64,000 nucleotides of DNA, from the NCBI GenBank assembly GCA_965198115.1, contig OZ240241.1, positions 8,160,001-8,224,000 of the forward strand. Reading direction: 5' to 3'. The notes under the pieces are model-generated. The model did not search any database. It was given only the letters and a program-made list of their open reading frames with translations, and was not told where the DNA came from. Position 1 is the first letter of the stretch; the number at the start of each line of letters is the position of its first letter. The translations under genes and the position numbers were made by a program. Origin of the DNA: Candidatus Latescibacterota bacterium (GTDB lineage: Bacteria; Latescibacterota; UBA2968). Below are positions 44,634-57,300 of this stretch, piece by piece.

Positions 44634-47600
44634 TCCGCGCTACCGGTGCGCAACACGGAAGGTTCTTCCTCGCACAGAGCAAAGGAACGAGGATCCTTTT
44701 CAATCGTAAACTGGTAATTAACAATATGTTGAATATATGGTGTGTGTGGCGATGGCATCTGGTACAGTCGTTGCTTTTCTGGTTGGTGAGGTAGTCGGCA
44801 CACCCCTTTGCGGCTGCCCATCGAACATTCGATAACCGTAGGCTCTCCGAAAAGAGAGGTCAAGCTCCGGCCCCAAGTAGGCCGGCCATCCCAGTAGGTT
44901 CACCCCACAGCCGTTCCCGGCTTGCCCAGCCGGGGATCGCAGGAGTTTGGTTATGCTCACGATGAGCTCAATCATCGGGCCCAAAGGGATCCGCTCGCTC
45001 ACACGGGTGATGCTCTCCCTTCTCTTCCTCTGTTCGGCAAGTTACGCGCAAACTGTAACTGTCCTGCCCGATCAGATCCCCAACGGAATCACAACGCCGT
45101 CCGAATTCAGACAGCGGATCGACATCGTCCTGAACGGCCCCGAGGCCGGTCTGACGGTTTCGTTCACGATCACGCTCCCTCCAGAAGTGAGCCTGGTCAC
45201 GAATTCAGCGACGGTTACCTCCGACAACTCGGCCCTCGTGCCGTTCTTAAAGGGCATTCCGTCGGCCACCCAACTCGCGTTCGGCCTGACCGGTACGGCC
45301 AATGGGCAGAAAGTGAGCGTGGAGCTCGACGTGCGAACGCCTGTGAGTTTTACGGGCATCAGCAGTGGATCAGCGCTCGATACGGCCTACGTCATCGACT
45401 TCGCCGACGACTTCGCATCGAACGTCGACCGTCGCCCGGAAGTCTTCCTCCACCAGAACAAGCAGATTCAGTTCGTGAAGTTTACCTCGCCCGATTCGAC
45501 GATCGGTGATACGACCACGCTCGGTGGACGGCTCTACCACATGGAATTCGAGCCCCAGTTCGGCACCCAGGGTCTGCCCGACCTGGAGCACACGGGGGTG
45601 ACGACGGCGTCTCAGGGGTTTGTGGACAACGCGACGGATGTCACCTACACCTTTTACGTTTCGACGGACTCCACCCTGATTAAGAGTAACTCCCAAACGG
45701 CAGGGGCCCTGTTCACGATTGGAGCGGACGATCAGCCGCTTGTAGGACAGCGTCAAAACCCACGTTTTATCCCAGCGACCTTCATTCGCGAGGACTTCAC
45801 GACAGTATTCGCCGACTCGACCGAGGCGATGATTTCGCTGGCGAACACACCTGACGACGACAACGTCTTCATTTACATGACGTCCGACGTGACGGACGAC
45901 TGGTTCCTCGGACGAAGCGGGCCCCTCCGCGTCTTGCATCCTCCAGAGTTCGTCATCGCCGGCTGGGACTACTACGACGACGGTGGGGATGACTTTAACA
46001 CGACCGGGCTTATTCAGGTGCCCAGCGAGCTGATCGGGGGCGGCGGACAGAAGGACAACAACGATATCACAGTCGATAGCGGTCTCTTCCTGGCCAGGGG
46101 TAGTGCGATACCCCAGGTCGGGTTCAATCCGTCTTCCATATCGAATCTCGACTTGCTTTTCAAAGTGGAAGACTCTGACAACGCGGGAACAGTCGAAGTC
46201 GGGATTTTCCTGCTTTCGACCGCATTTCCGAGTGTGACCTTGGCCGATCTCGATCCGCTCGGGGGTGGTTCTCCAGACACGTTGAGCAACGCCATTCTGG
46301 TAACGTCGACACTTCTGACGGCAGCCGAGCAGGTGTTCGACTTCGAGCCCCTGACACGCGACGCCGTCGCAGACACGATTACGAGTTTCCTCGATCCAGG
46401 GGACTATCACGTCTACTTCGGCGCGATGGATGCCGACGGCAACAAAGCGCTTCACAGGGTGCGCAGAGATCCCTTCGCGAATCCTGGCGTGGATGCTGTC
46501 CTGACGGCCGGACATTCCTCCACGCTCACGCTCGACCTTGCCCAGTTTAACGATTTCGATGGGGACGGCGACCTGGATGTTGAGACAGGCATCGGCTTGT
46601 CGCAGATGATCAACAGCACGAACGGTCTCGGGCTGTCCATTTCACCATCACGACGGATTGTTCCCATTTCCTGGGGTAGGGCCGGAATTGATGGGGACCT
46701 GGACGTGGACAACACGGCGACCCTGGACCTCTATTTCAGCACGCGAAGTGATTTTCGCGAGGCGGGGGCCAGCATTGCCTATACGAGCGGAAACTCCGAC
46801 GGGACGGATCTTCTTTCGGCTATCGCCCAGGGAGGGACCGACACTCACGAAATCGAGACGAACATCGACCTGTCGGACGACCGTCAGTTCGATAATCTGT
46901 TCGAGTGGGATGTCTGGTCCTATATGTCCCCGGAAGGCACGGTGCCCGCAACAGACACGCGCTACTTCATCTATGGCATTCTGAAGGGCGGAGGACCACA
47001 GAGGCTGGTTTCGTTCACGGGATCGGGTGCCCTCAACTTCCAGCACCCGCCGTATGTGATGGTTAACGAACCCCGCAGTGGAACACTCATGCCGTCCACG
47101 AATCAGCCAGTGACTGTCAGCTGGATGTCCGTCGACATTGACAACGGAGGCACACCCGTAACAGGTGTGCCGGCCAATGGCTTGTCGGCCCCGAACACCC
47201 GGAGCAACGCACCGAACATTCGGATTCTGCTGACCTCCGTGAACCTGAGTGGATCCAATGTAACGACCTGGGCCACCATCACGGCCCTCAGCACGAGTCA
47301 GGGACGCCCCATCTGGATCGCGAACTCGACGGATGGATCGCTCGCCGGCGAGATCGAGCTGAACGAGGGCGTCGACTCCAGCTTCGTGTTCCGTGGCGAG
47401 TTTCTCTATGAGAATCTGGGCGGAGCGGCTACCCAGGGCCTGAAGATTGGAGCGGATCTGGATGTCTACATCGCGGTCGACGGAGGAGGGGACGGCAGTC
47501 AGCCGACCGACTTCCATCGCTTTTCGCCCGTGGTGAAGGCAGGCGGAGATATCCGGTTCACGGGCAGCGAACCGACGGCCGCGCCGACGCCGGCCGACGA

Positions 47601-48103
47601 ATGGGTCGTCGCCAACGAACTGAAGGTCACGGTCGGCGAGTTCATCCAGTGGGATATTAGCCCGAATGTCGCGCCCGCCGGAACCAAGGTCGAGATAGCG
47701 AACATCTACGTGACCGTCGATTCGAGTCACTACTCCCCGGTCGACCAAGACCCTGTGGCGCCCGGCATACAGCCCTTCAGTGTCGGGTCGAAGTCGATGC
47801 TGGATACCTCCCTGGTCACGCAGGGCGCGTATCTCGATCCGACGACGGCCTCGACCTGGCGCTTCGACTTCCGATACGACGACAACGGAGGTTCCGGCAT
47901 CACGTTTTTCGACGGAGCGCATCCATTGGCGATCCTCAACCTCCAGGCGCTGACTTTCACGGGCGCTTCGACGATCACGATCGACGACAGCGGGTCTCGA
48001 ACGAGCAATCTTCTGGATGACACGCTTACGGACCTGGATCCCTCTTCCGTATCGACGACGGTAAATATCTCGTGAGAGGATAGCTGCTTTGAGGTGATCG
48101 GAA

Positions 48104-49477
48104 GAGCTATAATCAAAAGGTGTGGAAAAAGAGAAAGGGCGACCCTACCCTTCCCGTGAGATAGTTGATTCACACAAAACCGGGTGAGAGGCCCGGTTGG
48201 GAAGGAGGATCGCCGTGAAGGAACATACGCATAGAGCCCCATTGAAGTCCATGCCGACGTGGGAGACGGTTGACGATTGGATCCGTGAAGAGATCCAGGG
48301 CCGGTTCCAGTCCATTCTGGAGGAGGAGGCGACCGCGTTCTTGGGCCGGTCGTGGTATGAGCGCCGAGCCGAGGTCGATAGCTCCACGGGCTACAGGAAC
48401 GGCTACGGCAAGCCCCGGCGTCTCTCGACGAGCTGCGGAACGATCAAGGTCCGGCGTCCCCGGGTTCGTGGTCTGGAAGAGCGGTTTGAAAGCCGCATCC
48501 TCCCCCTGTTCGCCCGGAGAACCAGGGCCATTGGAGATCTGCTTCCCGACCTTTATCTCCACGGTCTCTCCCAGGGCGACTTCGAGTTGTCTTTGCGTGC
48601 GCTGCTCGGTGATGGCGCGCCGCTTTCGCCGACCTCGATCGCTCGTCTTCGAGGGAAGTGGGAGGTCGACTTCCAGGACTGGAAAGAAAGGCGTCTGGAT
48701 AATCGCGAACTGGTCTACGCCTGGGCTGATGGCATCTACGTCAAAGCCGGGCTCGAGCGCGAGAAGGCGTGTCTGCTGGTCGTGATCGGCGCGATGAGCG
48801 ACGGCAGCAAGGAGATCCTGGCGATAGAACCCGGTTATCGAGAGTCTACAGAATCCTGGCTCACGGTGCTCCGGGATCTCCGGGATCGCGGGCTCGAACA
48901 TCCTGTCCTGATCGCCGCGGACGGGAATATGGGCATCTGGGCGGCCGTTGATCAGGTCTGGCCAGAGAGCCGGCAACAACGGTGCTGGAACCACAAGATC
49001 CTCAACGTGCTCGACAAGGTCGCCAAGCGTGCACAGGCTGAAGCCCGCGCACTGCTCGTCCAGATCCCCTATGCCGGCACGAAAAAGGAGGCCGAGAAGC
49101 TCCGGAAACGCTTTGCCGCACGGTATCGCTCACAGTTCCCTGCCGCCGTGGAGACGCTCGAAAGAGACTGGGATCGGATGGTCACGTTCTACGACTTCCC
49201 GAAGGAACACTGGAAACACCTGAGAACCACGAACGTCGTCGAGAGCCCCTTTGCTTCCGTTCGGCTTCGCACAAACGCCGCCAGGCGATTCAAGAAAGTC
49301 AGGAACGCCACGGCTCTCATCTGGCGTACGCTCAAGGTCGCAGAGAGCCGATTCAGGAAACTCACCGCGCCACACTTGCTACAACAAGTCTACGATCAGA
49401 AACACTCAACCGGACCGCAGGTCGAAACCGGGAAGATGGCCGCCTGATTTCTTTTACACACCTATTGACCTGAACTC
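48104..49477 (+). mobile_element. IS256-family insertion sequence
   Basis: Imperfect 26-bp IRs GAGCTATAATCAAAAGGTGTGGAAAA / GAGTTCAGGTCAATAGGTGTGTAAAA flanking a Mutator-type transposase. Confidence 0.85.
48197..49447 (+). CDS. IS256-family (Mutator) DDE transposase
   Basis: YRNGY, LYLHGLS, WADGIY, AADG, QRCWNHK, RTTNVVES; exact start uncertain. Confidence 0.92.
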   Translation: MGRRIAVKEHTHRAPLKSMPTWETVDDWIREEIQGRFQSILEEEATAFLGRSWYERRAEVDSSTGYRNGYGKPRRLSTSCGTIKVRRPRVRGLEERFESRILPLFARRTRAIGDLLPDLYLHGLSQGDFELSLRALLGDGAPLSPTSIARLRGKWEVDFQDWKERRLDNRELVYAWADGIYVKAGLEREKACLLVVIGAMSDGSKEILAIEPGYRESTESWLTVLRDLRDRGLEHPVLIAADGNMGIWAAVDQVWPESRQQRCWNHKILNVLDKVAKRAQAEARALLVQIPYAGTKKEAEKLRKRFAARYRSQFPAAVETLERDWDRMVTFYDFPKEHWKHLRTTNVVESPFASVRLRTNAARRFKKVRNATALIWRTLKVAESRFRKLTAPHLLQQVYDQKHSTGPQVETGKMAA

Positions 49478-51745
49478 ATCTCATCCAGAACGACTGTCTC
49501 GGGTAGTGTCCCCCTCCAGAATCGACAGACAACTGCGCACCCGTCCGAGGACATCGTGACATTTTCGCTCAGACGTGTTGGCAGCTTTGTAACGTTCACC
49601 GACTCGCTTTTCGAACTGCAGGATACGGATCTGGACAAGGCAGGTGTGCAGGTCATGTCCCACAATGAACTTGGCACGTACGATCTGTTCCAGGTGCTGG
49701 CGGGACGTTGGATCCTCTCCGCCGCTGTCGATCGCTACCTGACAGGGCACGATACACTTGTTGTCTCGCCCGGCCAAGCCCCGATCGGCGCGTTCAACCC
49801 AGTCAAGCTGGGTGATGGTTCGGGATCGGAGCTGATGGGAGGGGACGCTGCAGGCTATAACGACTCGACAGGCGCGTCTCTGCCCGACAACTTCATTGAC
49901 GGATCCGACATCAGTGCGATCAATGCATCGTTGTTCAAGGTTCTGGTTCCTTTCGATCCGGATTACAACACCTTCGCCGACATCAACCAGGACAGCGTCG
50001 TGAACGGCACGGACAAGGATATGGCTACAGCGAACCAGACGAGCAACATCGGCGAGGTCGGCAAGAAGGTGCCCATATTCCCGACGTTCAAACAAGCCGT
50101 GATCACGGGTGACAACACAGGCGCGATGGTCCATCTCGATGGTGTCCCGTCCGAGGAAGTCAAGCCCGGCGAGACGTTCGATGTGAAAGTCGTTGTGGAT
50201 GGGGCGAGCCTCGTCCGAACCTATGAATTCCACGTAAGCTATGATCCGGAAAAGCTCGCCGTGGTGGATCTGGTATCGACGGGAGATCTGTTCACGAACT
50301 ATCTGTTCGACGTCGGCGGGAAAATCCGCGACGGGGACTTCGGAATCGTGAATTCCATCCTGGGACCGACGCCGATCGGAGGTTCCGGATCTGCCGAGTT
50401 GGGAACCGTTCGGTTCAGGGCGATCAGCCGCGCTTCGCAAACACACCTCTGTGTCTCGGACGCCCTCCTGATCAATGTCGAGCACGATGGAGCGACGCCG
50501 CTGCTGGGTGACGCCTTTACGGTATCATTATCCCGCGATCCTATACCCTACCACGACGAGGAGGGTGAGGTCATCTACGGTCTTATCCACAGTGACGTGG
50601 ACGATACGATCGACTTCAACGATTTCATCACGTTTGCCGGCAGTTTCGGCAAGCAAGTCGACGATCCGGGGTACGACGTCAGGGCGGATCTGACCGGCGA
50701 TGACAACGTCGACTTCTCGGATTTCCTGATTTTCTCCCGACACTTCGGCAAGACGGCCGTCGATGTACCGCCATCGGCCAAGCGCACGAAGGTGCTGACG
50801 AAGCCGCTTCCGCCGAAGAACGTCGGTTCGGTCGTGGCTCTGTCGGAGGTCGGAACCAGCAGGTCCGGAGACCCTGTGCACGTGATGCTGGCATTGCAGG
50901 GTGGCGAGACCGTGACGGCGTGGAGTGCTCAGGTCACCTACGATCCGACGGCTTTGGTCTTCAAGGAAGCCCGGTTGACGGATGGATCCCTTCTCACCCT
51001 GAACGGCGAGGCGCCTCTGCTGCTGGTGCAGTCTGACGGTCCTGGCCACGTCAGGGTCGGAAACGCTCTATCCGCCGGCGAACCCGCTTCCGGTTCGGCC
51101 GGTCTCGTGAGTCTGGTCTTCCAGCCTGTTCAGGATGAGTCTCAGCATCACGTGGATCTCCTCGACGCATTCATCTACGATGATCTGGGGCGAAGGACGC
51201 GTGCGCTGGGCGATGGCCCCCTCGTCGTGCGACCACTGCCGGCGGAGTTCGCACTGTATCAGAACTTCCCAAACCCGTTCAACCCCGAAACCCAGATTGC
51301 GTACGACCTGGCCGTCAGGCTGGAGATTTACAGCGTGACGGGACAGATGATTCACGCACTCGTGAGCGAACGTCAACCCGCAGGACGCTACCGCGTCGTG
51401 TGGCGAGGCGACGACGCCTCGGGTAGAAACGTGGCGAGTGGAATCTATTTCTCGAGAATGAGAGCGGGAAGCTACGCGGCTGTCAGAAAATTGATGCTGC
51501 TCAAGTAGGCGGGTTGCGTGCCTCCTCCACGCGGACGCATCGGAGTGAGGAGGTTTCCAACCGCGTTCTGGGCGCAAGCGGGGTTCCAGCCGCCGGTTCA
51601 GCGCTGAGAGAAGTTGCCAGAATCACGAGCTTTCGTCCCAAAGTTTGGCACGGCCATCCCAGTGAATTGAGAATGGGGTGTGAAGAGCTAAGACTGTCGG
51701 CGTGATTGCGTAGCCGGGGACGACTACAGGGCGGAACCGCGGTTA

Positions 51746-53038
51746 GGGTTTGCCACGAAATAAGTGCTGCACTTTTCAAGGTAATGATCTTACGCTCGGA
51801 GTGTGGACGTCGAAACTCTCCGAACGAAGTATGAAGCCTTGGCTCCGGTGCTGACGGAACGCACGCGTCGTCTGTGGGCCGCCACGGAAGCCGAAGCGTT
51901 GGGTCACGGTGGGATCTCGATTGTGGCTCTGGCGACAGGAATGTCCAGAGAGCGGATCTTTCGTGGCATTCAGGAGTTGAGGTCGGACGAACCTTTGGAC
52001 CCGGCTCGCATCCGGCGTCCAGGCGGCGGTCGTAAGCGGAAGGCCGACACGGACCCGACGCTGTGGCAGGACCTGAATGATCTGGTCGAGCCAACGACTG
52101 CGGGGTCGCCTGACGACAATCCTCTGAGATGGACATCGAAGAGCACTCGCAAACTGGCCGCCGAGTTGCAAGCGATGGGGCATTCGGTGAGCCCCAGGAT
52201 CGTTGCCAATCTCCTGCACGAACACGATTACACGCTGCAGGCGAATCGGAAGACAAGGGAGGGATCTGCACACCCGGATCGGGACGCTCAGTTCGTTTAC
52301 CTCGATGATCGGATTAGCCAGCAGCAGCAGCAGGGCCTTCCCGTTATCTCGGTGGACACCAAGAAGAAAGAGTTGATCGGCGACTTCAAGAATCCTGGCC
52401 GAGAATGGCGACCCAAGGGAGACCCGGAGCGTGTGAAGGTACACGATTTCATAGTGCCTGCTCAGGGCAAGGCGATCCCTTATGGAGTGTATGATCTGAG
52501 CCGTGATGAAGGCTGGGTAAGTGTCGGTATCGATCACGACACGGCCAGCTTCGCCGTGAATGCGATCCGAAGTTGGTGGAAGAACATGGGACGGCCCGCC
52601 TACGGCACTTCGACGCATCTGCTAATCACGGCGGACGCAGGCGGCAGCAACGGCGCCAAGACGCGGCTGTGGAAGTGGGAGCTGCAGCGCTTTGCGAATC
52701 GCACTGGCCTGACGATCACCGTATGCCACTACCCTCCTGGCACTAGTAAGTGGAACAAGATCGAACATCGCCTGTTCTCCTTCATCGCTATGAACTGGCG
52801 AGGCAAGCCCCTGGTCAGCCTGGCTGCAACCGTGAATCTCATTGCCGGAACGACCACTCAAGCCGGTCTCCGAGTACGCTCCGAGATCGACAAGCGACCC
52901 TACCCTAACGGGGTCAAGGTGACCGATGAACAGATGACCCAAATCGATCTCACTCCGCACGATTTCCACGGCGACTGGAACTACACGATCCGGCCAATGG
53001 CTCAACATTGAGATCGACCGTTTATTTATTCCGAACCC
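51746..53038 (+). mobile_element. ISAzo13-family IS, copy 2 (1293 bp, intact)
   Basis: Same ends as copy 1; TTA target duplication (51743-45 and 53039-41). Confidence 0.93.
51803..53011 (+). CDS. ISAzo13 DDE transposase (402 aa)
   Basis: ISVDTKKKELIG, PPGTSKWNKIEHRLFS, C-terminal FHGDWNYTI. Confidence 0.93.
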   Translation: MDVETLRTKYEALAPVLTERTRRLWAATEAEALGHGGISIVALATGMSRERIFRGIQELRSDEPLDPARIRRPGGGRKRKADTDPTLWQDLNDLVEPTTAGSPDDNPLRWTSKSTRKLAAELQAMGHSVSPRIVANLLHEHDYTLQANRKTREGSAHPDRDAQFVYLDDRISQQQQQGLPVISVDTKKKELIGDFKNPGREWRPKGDPERVKVHDFIVPAQGKAIPYGVYDLSRDEGWVSVGIDHDTASFAVNAIRSWWKNMGRPAYGTSTHLLITADAGGSNGAKTRLWKWELQRFANRTGLTITVCHYPPGTSKWNKIEHRLFSFIAMNWRGKPLVSLAATVNLIAGTTTQAGLRVRSEIDKRPYPNGVKVTDEQMTQIDLTPHDFHGDWNYTIRPMAQH

Positions 53039-54341
53039 TTAGCCCTTCTGCATCCTAAAGAATCAAACCCCCCTCTGCCGGTCGAGAGTGGGCACATCGT
53101 ATCGATCTGTAAGATGGGTGCTGTGAAAACGGCCGACCGGTCGTGAGGCTCACCCTGTGGTGACGCTGTCTACCAGATCTTGTAGCGGATCGGTGTCGAT
53201 CATCCATCGACAACAAGATGGTGTACACCTACCCCAAGACGCTCCTCGATGGAACACGGCGTAGCGGGGGGCGATAGACACCTTGCAAAAAAGGCTTCGA
53301 TGACCAGTGCCGCGCCTTGGGAGGGTCGGGTATACCCACGATGGGCAGCGACGGGTCAATGTAGCCGGCTTGCCGTCTTGGGAACGGACCGAGTCATAGA
53401 GCGTAGAATACGGCCGACGTGCGAATTCCGTCTTCCTGGAGCGCGGAACAAGGCAGCGCCGGTCCAACTGAGTTTGGGCGAGTCCGGAATCGCGCTTTCT
53501 TCTGGGCAGGCGATGAGGCGAGCGCCAAACCTTGGGTCGTTGGACAAAGGGTGTGAACCCAACCCTCGATCTATGCCCGCTTCAAGGTCTGAGCGAACAC
53601 AACATACTGTACCAGAAGTACGTCCCGATACAAGATGATTGGTGACAGTTCATCAGGAGGTTGCCGTATCGAAGGTCATCTGAATCCCAAATGATCGTCG
53701 CTGCCTCAGGTGTTGGGGAACGCCTGGGCCGCGATGGAGCCGTCGATCTACCGTACGTCGATGGAACGAATCTCTCAGGGGTGGGAGTTACCTGGGAGAT
53801 GTTTCTGTTTCTGGCGGACTGTAGCCTCGGCGAAGACCACACACTTGCGCTCGCAAAGGAGGTCCTCGTGCCAGAATCCAGTGCCCCCTCTTTCCGTGGC
53901 TGAGTACGTCCGAAATGGTGATGCAGGGGGTATCCTGCGCAACCGGTCAGGTGCGTCTCAGAGGTCAGATAATGCTTAAGGTTGGCTTTTACACTGCCGA
54001 TAGTAGGACTACGTATTCGAGGCAGATCCATGTCCATCCGTGCATTCTCGACATCGCTGTTGCCTCGTAAATGGCTGTTCTGGAATGATTTAAATAGAAG
54101 TTTCATAAGAAGCAGACGAACAGAAATCAAAAATCAAACCATAAACGGAGGTGATGCACACGTTGTGTCGTAGGGCGCCGCGATAAGTCGCGTGGGAGGA
54201 TTTCGACGGCGTGAGACGGATTTTCAACCCGGTTTTCGGGACTCGGCTAATACGGACGTTAGTCGACCCGGGGACTTTCGAAGCAATGGAGCGATCGAAC
54301 GCTCCAAAGCAGTTTTCAACAGTCCAAGGAAGGAGCTAGTG

Positions 54342-57300
54342 ATGAAACAGAGGCTCTTGAGTTTAATAGGGATCGTGCTGGTCCTGTTCCTCGCACCGGG
54401 GAACGGTTCGGGCCAGACGATCACCCTGACACCCGATGCGATCCCGAACGGCATCGCGTCGTTGTCTGGGGAACAGTACCACCAGCGGATGGATATTCAG
54501 CTGGGTGGAACAGCTTCGGCTGTTATCAACGCTTTCACGATCACGCTTCCTGCCGAGGTCACCTACGTGGCGACCTCCGGCACGGCCGCACACAATGCTG
54601 CTGGCGCTGGGGTCAGGCTCCAGGCAGTTTTGGGTCAGAATCTCACCTTTGACATCTCTGGTGTTGCGGCGAGCCAGACCCACACGGTCGAGTTCGACGT
54701 GACGACGCCCGCCAGCTTTACCGGGATTCCGACGGGCACGAAGGTGGACACGTTCTACGTGGTCGACTTTAATGACGACGTCGGTTCGGCTCAGGATGTT
54801 GCCGTTGCGAAGCATCAGAATCTGCGTGTCGAGTCGGTGTCCTTCTCGGCTCCGGATTCGACTCAGGGCGACACCACGAGCGCGGGCGGGTGCTTTTACA
54901 AGCTGGCCTTCCCGAGTACGCTTCCTGACTACAGTCATACCTTCACCTCGGGACTGAGTGCCGCTGACCTAGCCGGTCTGGTCCCGATCTTCGCTGATGC
55001 GGCGACGGATATCCAATACACGTTCTATCTGTCGACGGATTCCAGTCTGATCGAACGTCCGCTCACGCTCGCTCCGGCCAGCCACTTCACGCTTTTGGCC
55101 GATCCGACGAGCGGTCCTCTCGCGGGCTCGCGGCAGAATCCTCGATTCATTCCCGCCACGTTCATTCGTGAGGACTTTACGACAGCCTTCGCCACGAACG
55201 CGTCTGATAGCGTCAATGGCGTGATCTCCCTCGCGGGTACGACGGACGACACGGTCTACTTCGTCTACGCGCTTGCAGACCCTGCCACCGGTCGCAATCC
55301 GACGCTCAATGTGGGTAGTGGTGGCGACGGTACCGGCGTAGGTAAAAAGGCTTTTGACCCGACGACGTTCGGCGCCTTTTCCGGCGGCGTGTTCCTCGGA
55401 CGTAGCGGACCGCTTCTCGTGCAGCATCCGCCCGAATTTGTGATCGCCGGGTGGGACTACGATGACGACACCAACGACGACTACGCCACGACCGGAGTCA
55501 TCCAGGTTCCGAGCGACATCAATGGGATGGGGGTGACAGCCGGCAACACGAAGGATAACCGCAACATCACGGTCGATTCGGGTCAATTCGAGCCGAAGGG
55601 AACGACCACGCTGACGACGCTTGCCGGCGGGCTCGTCCCCAAGTCGATCAACACATTCAGCATGCTGTTCGTGGCCGAAGACGCCGACAACCCGAATAAC
55701 TTCCAGATGAACATCATTCTGTCGACGAACAGCGGTCTGACGGTGAATGAACTGTCGGGTGGAGGCATCGATTCGTTCGACGTGGCGAGTTCGATTCGCG
55801 TGGCCGGTACGGACACGCTGACCACGAACCATCGAGTGTTCTCCTTCGATCCGATCGTTCGCGACTCTGCGACCAATCTGATCACCTCGTTCATCGCCGA
55901 AGCGACGTACAGCGTCTACTTCGTGGCGACGGACGGTACGAATCGGACGGTCTACCAGGTTTCGGACGATCCGTTCGCGGCGTCTCCGACGTTCTCGACG
56001 GTGACGGTGGCCCATTCTCCGAACATCGGGCAATTGGACTCCTATTCCGTCAACGACTTCGGCGGGGACGGCGATCTCGACGTGAACACAGGGATCGATC
56101 TTTCTCAGATGTTCTCGACCGCCGCTTTCGCCGGTGGCGACGACGATGGTAAGAATCTGAGTGGCGGCCCCTCCCAGCGGTTCGTGAACATCCACTGGGG
56201 TGGCGGCGGTTTGGACAACGACATCGACGTCGACGACGACGCGACGGTCGAATTCTACTACAGCACCCGTGCGGACTTCAACGGAGCAGGTAAGAGCTTC
56301 GAATTCACGAGTGGCAACTCCGATGGTTCGGATCTGCTTGCTGCCATCGTACAGGGCAACAACGACACGCACCTGATCGGAAGCGTCAGTGAAAATCCCG
56401 ATGGCAAGTTCGACGACAACTTCCAGTGGGATCTCTGGACATACGTCTCTCCGGAAAACACTATTCCGCGCACCGGCGTCAAGTATTTCCTGTATTCGAT
56501 TATGACCGGTGGCACGACCCGTCGTCTCGTTTCGTTCACGGAAGACGGTTCCACCGTTGCTCCAGGCACGACGCCCGTGGGCGTCAACTTCGAGCATTCG
56601 CCCTACGCTCGCGTTATCGAGCCATCCCAGGACATTACCGTGTCCGTCGATGAGCCGGTGAACGTGATCTGGGAGGCGGTCGATGTGGATAACGCCGCAG
56701 CAAGCGGTTTGAGCGCGGTACCTGCTGGGACGAGTGGACGTTCGTCTCCGAACAGCCGGGCCGACTCGCCGAACTTGCGGATCATCTTGACGTCCACCGA
56801 CTTCGGTGAGGTGACCAACTGGGCTACGCTCAACGCTGCGACGGCCCCGGTCTACTTCCTCGGTAACTCCAGCGCCGGTGGTTTCTCTGGTGAGATCGAG
56901 CTCAACGAAGGTGTCGATACCGCTTTCGTCATCCAGGGCAACCGGATGCGGAACGGTGTTCTCGCCAACGCCACGGTGGGTACCGATATGGGCACGAACA
57001 ACGGTCTGGGTACGACCTACTTCGTCTACCTAGCCGTAGATTCGGGTCTGGACGGAACCTCCGCAGCACAGGGTCAGTTCTTTAGCGGTCGTTCGCCGGC
57101 CGTTCGGGCACCTGGCCGTGTGACGTTCACCGGTGTGGTTCCGACTTCTGCTTCGACAAGTGCCAAGTTCGTGATTCCGACGCGTATGACGGCCGTTTCG
57201 GAAGAGCTGATTCGGTACCCGATCGTCCCCGACGAGGGTGACGGCACTGGTGGAACGACTATCGAAGTCGTGAACATCTTCCTCACGGTCGATGCCAGCC

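Larger units (their letters stand above)
44947..51508 (+). pseudogene. Large secreted cohesin/dockerin/FlgD-Ig-CTD surface protein A (~1700 aa), split by IS256
   Basis: Signal peptide (..LCSASYA/Q); ORF to 48075 ends TTVNIS and resumes after the IS as ISSRTTVSGSVPLQ, collinear with paralog B; dockerin-like DxxDxIDFNDF..FG / ADLTGDDNVDFSDF; cohesin-like GETFDV..YDP; CTD FALYQNFPNPFNP...RKLMLLK. Confidence 0.82.

Noticed and set aside
13230-53038. Composite transposon bounded by the two ISAzo13 copies
   Set aside because: Each copy has its own target duplication (TAA and TTA), indicating independent insertions, and the interval holds core genes
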